Shown here one piece after another: positions 16,087 to 20,358 of a DNA stretch of 20,358 nucleotides (its first letter is position 1; each line of letters opens with the position of its first letter). Below the pieces are notes generated by a model. It was not told the DNA's origin. It saw nothing but the letters and a program-made list of their open reading frames with translations, and did not search any database. Made by a program: the position numbers and the translations under genes. Origin of the DNA: Chlamydiota bacterium (GTDB taxonomy: Bacteria; Chlamydiota; Chlamydiia; Chlamydiales; SM23-39); assembly GCA_039179045.1 (NCBI GenBank), contig JBCDEZ010000028.1, forward strand, positions 1-20,358. Direction: 5' to 3'.

Positions 16087-16369
16087 ATAACCTCAATTTC
16101 GGATGTAATTGATTAAAAAAGTGGGATAGAAAAATTTTCTACAAAAAAATCTCTTCCTTGTGTAAGAGATTCACTTTTCAAATCCAAAGATTGCACCAGA
16201 AGAGATTAAAAATAATAGATGTAGCCTATCCTTAGAAAAGGAATACTCCGCATGCAGCTATGTAGTATAAAAAACCATCGCGAAACATCTCTACTGAACA
16301 AGGTCAATTTTCTATGCTTTAAAACCCAAAACTCACTTTGATATAAGAACTTAGGGAACATGTCGAGCA

Positions 16370-16403
16370 TCCTATTTACAATAGGAAAGATCTTTGCTAG
16401 AGT
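16370..16403 (+). promoter_or_regulatory. Candidate manA promoter with an operator-like palindrome over the -35
   Basis: TTTACA (16375-16380), 17 nt, TAGAGT (16398-16403) preceded by TG-n. The palindrome TCCTATT-TAC-AATAGGA (16370-16386) overlaps the -35. Confidence 0.5.
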
Positions 16404-16515
16404 CAAGAATTTTGATCTCTGCATCGTGGGAGCCTTGCAATAGAAAATCTGCCTTGTTGCGGTACTCTTCCCATTCCTTGCTCGAGAGTCGACATTTTGA
16501 ACCATAAGGAGATTC

Positions 16516-17451
16516 ATGCAGCGCTATCCCATCTACTTTTCCCCCGTTTACAAAGACTACACCTGGGGAGGAGAAAAAATCTCTACTCACCTAGGGCGCA
16601 GCGTGCCTTTTTCTCGCGTTGCTGAATCTTGGGAGATTGCCGATCATAAAGATGGGATGAGTATTGTGGAAAATGGTGTCTACCAAGATGCCTCTTTGAG
16701 TGAGCTCATCCAAGAGCACGGAACAGATCTTATGGGCCGCAAGGGAGAAAAGTTCCCTCTCCTGATCAAAATTTTGGACGCGCGGTCGAGCTTGAGCATC
16801 CAGGTGCATCCCGATGAAAAGAGCGCTCTTCGGGTAGGAGGGGAACCCAAAACCGAAATGTGGTATGTGATGGAAGCCGAGCCCAATGCGGGTTTGCTCA
16901 TCGGTTTTCGAGAAAAAGCGACTCTCTCCTCCTTTGTAAAGGCATCAGAGGAGAATAGGGTAGTGGAGATAATGGAGCGCTATCGTGCTCGGCGGGGAGA
17001 CGCCTTTTTCATTCCCGGAGGAACCATCCATGCGATATTGCACGGAGGGCTGATTTTTGAGGTGCAGCAAAACTCAAACACCACATACCGCATCTACGAT
17101 TGGGAGAGAGGGCGTCCTTTACATCTCAAAGAGGCATCTGAGGTGCTCATCTGGGAAAAAAGTGCTTCTGCTCGCTGCATCCCGGGGAAAGTGCACGGAG
17201 GGCAGACTCTACACACCTCTTCTCACTTTGCTATGGAAAAGTGGACACAGAGCCTATGCCTAAGGGGACCTTTCTCTTCTTTTCAGGTCTTTTTCTTGCT
17301 TGAGGGACATGCAAGCATTGAAGTGGAAGGGAACAAGACACGACTTGCTTCTACAAGAGCATGCCTTGTGCCCGCTTCTGCCGAGGAAATTGCTATTGAA
17401 CTAGAGCAAGGGGGAACGTATCTACGCGTGTTTCTTCCCGAAGTCGAGTGA
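16516..17451 (+). CDS. manA: Mannose-6-phosphate isomerase, type I (short cupin form)
   Basis: 311 aa, SD TAAGGAG. Motifs WGG, ESWE, FPLLIKILDA, LSIQVHPD, KTEMWY, GTIHA, EVQQNSNTTYRIYDW. Confidence 0.93.
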   Translation: MQRYPIYFSPVYKDYTWGGEKISTHLGRSVPFSRVAESWEIADHKDGMSIVENGVYQDASLSELIQEHGTDLMGRKGEKFPLLIKILDARSSLSIQVHPDEKSALRVGGEPKTEMWYVMEAEPNAGLLIGFREKATLSSFVKASEENRVVEIMERYRARRGDAFFIPGGTIHAILHGGLIFEVQQNSNTTYRIYDWERGRPLHLKEASEVLIWEKSASARCIPGKVHGGQTLHTSSHFAMEKWTQSLCLRGPFSSFQVFFLLEGHASIEVEGNKTRLASTRACLVPASAEEIAIELEQGGTYLRVFLPEVE

Positions 17452-18405
17452 TTTTGCAAGGGCAATGCCTGCGAGCTCACTGATTTTTTCTCCTAAAGAA
17501 GAAACAGCGATCTTAGCCGCTTTGCGAGGCATGCTCCAAGAGTAGCGGGGAAGCTTTTCCTCTAGTTTGGGTAAGAGAAGATCTTTCATATGCTGGGCAA
17601 TCGTTCCTAAAAGTACGACCTCTGGATTCAGAATCATCAAAATCGTGCCGATTCCCTGTGCAAGTCTTGTAGTGAACTCCTCCCACATCTCTTCCGCCAA
17701 GGGGTCTTTCTGGAGAAGGGCACGCTCAATATGAATCAGATCGACGTCGGCAATCTTGCCTCCCGCCTCTTCTAAGATACGAGAGGGGCGAGAGGAGCGC
17801 TGGAGCGCTTCTTGTACTCTTCTGCGGAAATTAGCACCTCCGCAGTACATCTCAAAGCACCCTGATTGCTTGCAAGGGCAAAGAGGCCCTTGGATATCGA
17901 GGACAAAATGCCCCACTTCTCCCCCCGTGTCACTTGCCCCCTGTAGTAGTCTGCCCTGCGTGATGATTCCAGCTCCCATACCTGTGCTGCAGGTGAGGTA
18001 GGTGAGCTCTTTTGTGCCTTTGTATTCTCCAAAGTAGTACTCTGCTAATGCTTGCGCATTGGCATCATTGTTGAACGAAACGGGATAAGGAAGAGCGCGC
18101 TTCAAGGCGTCTTTGACTGGAGCGTTTTCCCAACCAGACAGGTTGGGAGGAGTTAGCAGCTTACCCTCTTTTACGGAAACAGGCCCTGGCGCGGAGATGC
18201 CCATGCCTCCAATATCTTTTGAGGAGAGATCTAGATCTTTTAGGAGATCAAAGGCCATACTGCAAATCGCTCTTATGCCTTCTTGCCAGCCTGACACGCT
18301 TGCTGTTGCAATCCTTTTTGAGGCGTAGACCTTACCACTTTTTTCTCCGATGCAAACGGAGATCTTGGTGCCTCCAATATCTACTCCGATACACTTTTTA
18401 TCCAT
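17422..18405 (-). CDS. ROK-family sugar kinase (glucokinase-like)
   Basis: 327 aa with no N-terminal HTH. Motifs GVDIGGTK, NNDANAQALAE, STGMGAG, GEVGH, Zn motif CPCKQSGCFE. Confidence 0.92.
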   Translation of the reverse strand: MDKKCIGVDIGGTKISVCIGEKSGKVYASKRIATASVSGWQEGIRAICSMAFDLLKDLDLSSKDIGGMGISAPGPVSVKEGKLLTPPNLSGWENAPVKDALKRALPYPVSFNNDANAQALAEYYFGEYKGTKELTYLTCSTGMGAGIITQGRLLQGASDTGGEVGHFVLDIQGPLCPCKQSGCFEMYCGGANFRRRVQEALQRSSRPSRILEEAGGKIADVDLIHIERALLQKDPLAEEMWEEFTTRLAQGIGTILMILNPEVVLLGTIAQHMKDLLLPKLEEKLPRYSWSMPRKAAKIAVSSLGEKISELAGIALAKSLDFGKKHA

Positions 18406-18411
18406 ACGTCC

Positions 18412-18439
18412 ACACTAGAACAAAGAAAAATTCTTGCAA
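18412..18439 (-). promoter_or_regulatory. Candidate promoter of the ROK kinase gene
   Basis: Minus strand TTGCAA (18439-18434), 16 nt, TAGTGT (18417-18412), ending 6 nt before the ATG. Confidence 0.35.
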
Positions 18440-18498
18440 AGGAAGAAAGGCGAGGCGCTTGCAGTTCCCGCTGTTTTCTGGTTTACTGCCGAAAAAGA

Positions 18499-19284
18499 TT
18501 GGGGTATTTTTTGGTAGTACTATTGAGTCTAGGTCTTTTTTTCTGTCTGCTACAAATTGCTAGCTGCGGACGCGCTTTGAGTTCGGGTAAAACAAAGCGC
18601 GCATTTTCCTTTTTAGAAGCTGCTTGCAAAGATTTGGGCTGCCAGATCTTACATCTTCTTTTTTTGCCTTTAGCTTGGATTCCGTGGAAGTCAGAAAAAA
18701 ACAGGGAAATTCCGATTGTTCTTGTACACGGGTACCTCTACACAAGGATTGTTTGGCTCTACCACCTCTTCTTCTTGCGCAGAGGGAGGCTCGGCCCTCT
18801 CTACACACTCAATTTAGGATATCCTTTCTCCTCGATAGAGGAGTTTGTCTCTGTGCTCGAAAAGAAATTGGAGGCACTACAGAGGGAAAAACAGTACAAA
18901 ACATTTCATCTTGTGGGGCATTCGATGGGAGGGCTTGTCTGCGTCGCAGCAGCGCTGCGCCCCTCTCATCGGTACTCTATTGCGAAAGTGATCACAATCG
19001 GTTCCCCAATGCAAGGCACGAAGTCTGCTCGATGGGCTTTAGGTATCTGTGGGCGTCAGATGGAGGAGCACTCTCTTTTTACCCAAAGCCTCACCGAGAA
19101 GATGGCTTTTTGTGAAAGCACTCAGTTCTTTCATGTGGGAAGCTGTGAAGACCACATTGTTCCTCTCGATTCGAGCTTGCGCTCTCCTCATCCCAAGCGC
19201 GCGTTTTGCGTGAGTGGTGTGGGGCATCTTAGCTTGCTTTTATCAAGGGAAGTGCAGAAAAAAATCGAGGAATACCTCTCTTAA
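18499..19284 (+). CDS. Alpha/beta-fold hydrolase (lipase/esterase), probably membrane-anchored
   Basis: 261 aa. Oxyanion motif VLVHGY, nucleophile elbow GHSMGG, TIGSP, Asp in EDHIVP, His in VGHLSLL. Hydrophobic N-terminus. TTG start uncertain. Confidence 0.88.
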   Translation: MGYFLVVLLSLGLFFCLLQIASCGRALSSGKTKRAFSFLEAACKDLGCQILHLLFLPLAWIPWKSEKNREIPIVLVHGYLYTRIVWLYHLFFLRRGRLGPLYTLNLGYPFSSIEEFVSVLEKKLEALQREKQYKTFHLVGHSMGGLVCVAAALRPSHRYSIAKVITIGSPMQGTKSARWALGICGRQMEEHSLFTQSLTEKMAFCESTQFFHVGSCEDHIVPLDSSLRSPHPKRAFCVSGVGHLSLLLSREVQKKIEEYLS

Positions 19285-19309
19285 ACAGTGGGGCGTTAAA
19301 GGTGCTTTT

Positions 19310-19341
19310 ATACTCATTTCACTTGAAGAATCGGGTTAGAT
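19310..19341. repeat. Degenerate dispersed intergenic repeat, copy 2 (truncated at the IS end)
   Basis: ATACTCATTTCACTTGAAGAATCGGGTTAGAT aligns with 16006-16038; similarity stops where the putative IS left end begins. Confidence 0.45.
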
Positions 19342-20287
19342 CCCACATTCCGCACCTCCTCCGCAAGTAGTGTGAAGAAATCTGATTTTTTTCTGAAGAA
19401 AATGAATGTACGTAGGTATTTTCGCCTCCCGCTGGTTGCAACTCCATCTCTTTATTGCAAAGAAGAAGGGATGGAAGAGTACAAAAGCAAAAATTTTGAC
19501 CATCTGGGCATTGTTGCTATTTTCTGTGAAGGATAGGTTTACAACAGACAGTAAGACCAGTTGCTTCCTTCGGATCCCTAGATGACCTCGACTACTGACT
19601 ATCACTATATGGGAGCGCCTAAAGTTGATGGTACGCAATGGGCTGGGATTCACCTCTCGACCTCTCTATTTAGAAGTGCAGTTTTTCGCAAGTAGGCCTC
19701 TAGGCAGGTCCTCAGAACGGACTGTAGCGACGCGATCCATGACGACCGTTTAGGAAGAGCTTTGGACTGTCTCTACGACTCAGGCAATAGCTTTAATAAA
19801 AAGCTATTTCTAGAGAACCCAAAAGCCTTGCAACAAGAGATCGAACAAGAAGAAGAGAGGTATTTCATTGCCAATGCTGCTCTATAAAAAAAAGAGAAAG
19901 TTGGGGAGATTTACTCCCTTTTGAAAGGGATCACCCGCGTTCTTGAAACCACTAAAGAAGTAAAAGCTCTTTTACGTACTTCGTTAGATATAGTCGAGTT
20001 AGAAGAGGGATACTCTGGAATAGAAATAACGTCTCAGTATGGAGATACGGAGCAAAGGTGGTCGGTGGTAGATTCTACAAAAAGAAGAAAACCTTGCAAA
20101 GGCGGGTCCAAAAGGAGCATGAAGCGCAGTCGTAAGAGAGGGAAACTGCAGATTTAGGTAGATGGATCATAGCTCTTGGGATGGTGCTGTGCCTTTGTCT
20201 TTTTGTGTATACGCTCTTTAGAGAGGTAAATGCGCAAAAAACGGAAAGAAACAGGAAAAACCGTACCTAGTCAGACAGGAAAATCGA
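19342..20287 (+). mobile_element. Degenerate IS1634-family insertion sequence remnant
   Basis: Contains the transposase fragments listed in the pseudogene entry. The putative left end CCCACATTCCGCA (19342-19354) resembles IS1634-type termini from memory only. No matching right end in the window. Confidence 0.75.
19471..20287 (+). pseudogene. IS1634-family transposase pseudogene (frameshifts, stops, large internal deletions)
   Basis: Collinear fragments in shifting frames: MEEYKSKNFDHLGIVA (19471); LKLMVRNGLGFTSRPLYL; HDDRLGRALDCLYDSG (19738); YFIANAAL* ; ITRVLETTKEVKALL; SQYGDTEQRWSVVDS; CLCLFVYTL; ETGKTVPSQTGK. These match the motif order I recall for IS1634 transposases. Confidence 0.85.
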
Positions 20288-20358
20288 GGCCTTGTTGAAA
20301 AATCCTGTCGTAGGTTCCGATGTTTTGGAGCTACTTTCACCGGAATTCTGCGTTCTGC

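Noticed and set aside
16206..16517. 103-aa minus-strand ORF in the RDD-manA spacer
   Set aside because: No recognisable motifs; it starts on top of the manA start and runs through the candidate manA promoter. Likely spurious, though not excluded.
19921..20157. 78-aa ORF as an independent gene
   Set aside because: It is an internal fragment of the IS1634 transposase pseudogene (ITRV...QRWSVVDS).
1..20358. CRISPR array, rRNA, tRNA, prophage or anti-phage defence genes
   Set aside because: By eye I saw no regularly spaced direct repeats, no tRNA/rRNA signatures, and no cas, phage or defence-domain motifs.

Overview
A gene-dense bacterial chromosomal window. By inference it comes from an environmental member of Chlamydiota, based on a long-form IspG, a long PPi-dependent PFK, kdsB next to yqgF, a 23-aa LRR effector-like protein and a DOT1-like methyltransferase. 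It contains 15 supportable CDSs: an LRR protein, the dabBA inorganic-carbon pump pair, yqgF/ruvX, kdsB, pfp, a MATE transporter, a SAM methyltransferase, an aldo/keto reductase, ispG, an msrB-msrA fusion, sua5/tsaC, an RDD protein, manA, a ROK kinase and an alpha/beta hydrolase. Outside the ORF track I see three things: a ~206-nt 6S RNA-like ncRNA (minus strand, 5382-5587), two diverged copies of a short intergenic repeat, and a decayed IS1634-family element at the right end, possibly cut by a second IS end. The most interesting points are the 6S-like RNA directly upstream of a DAB CO2/bicarbonate pump, the DOT1-like methyltransferase, and the kdsB-yqgF junction with no pyrG between the genes. 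All calls come from reading motifs and folding by eye; no searches were run.
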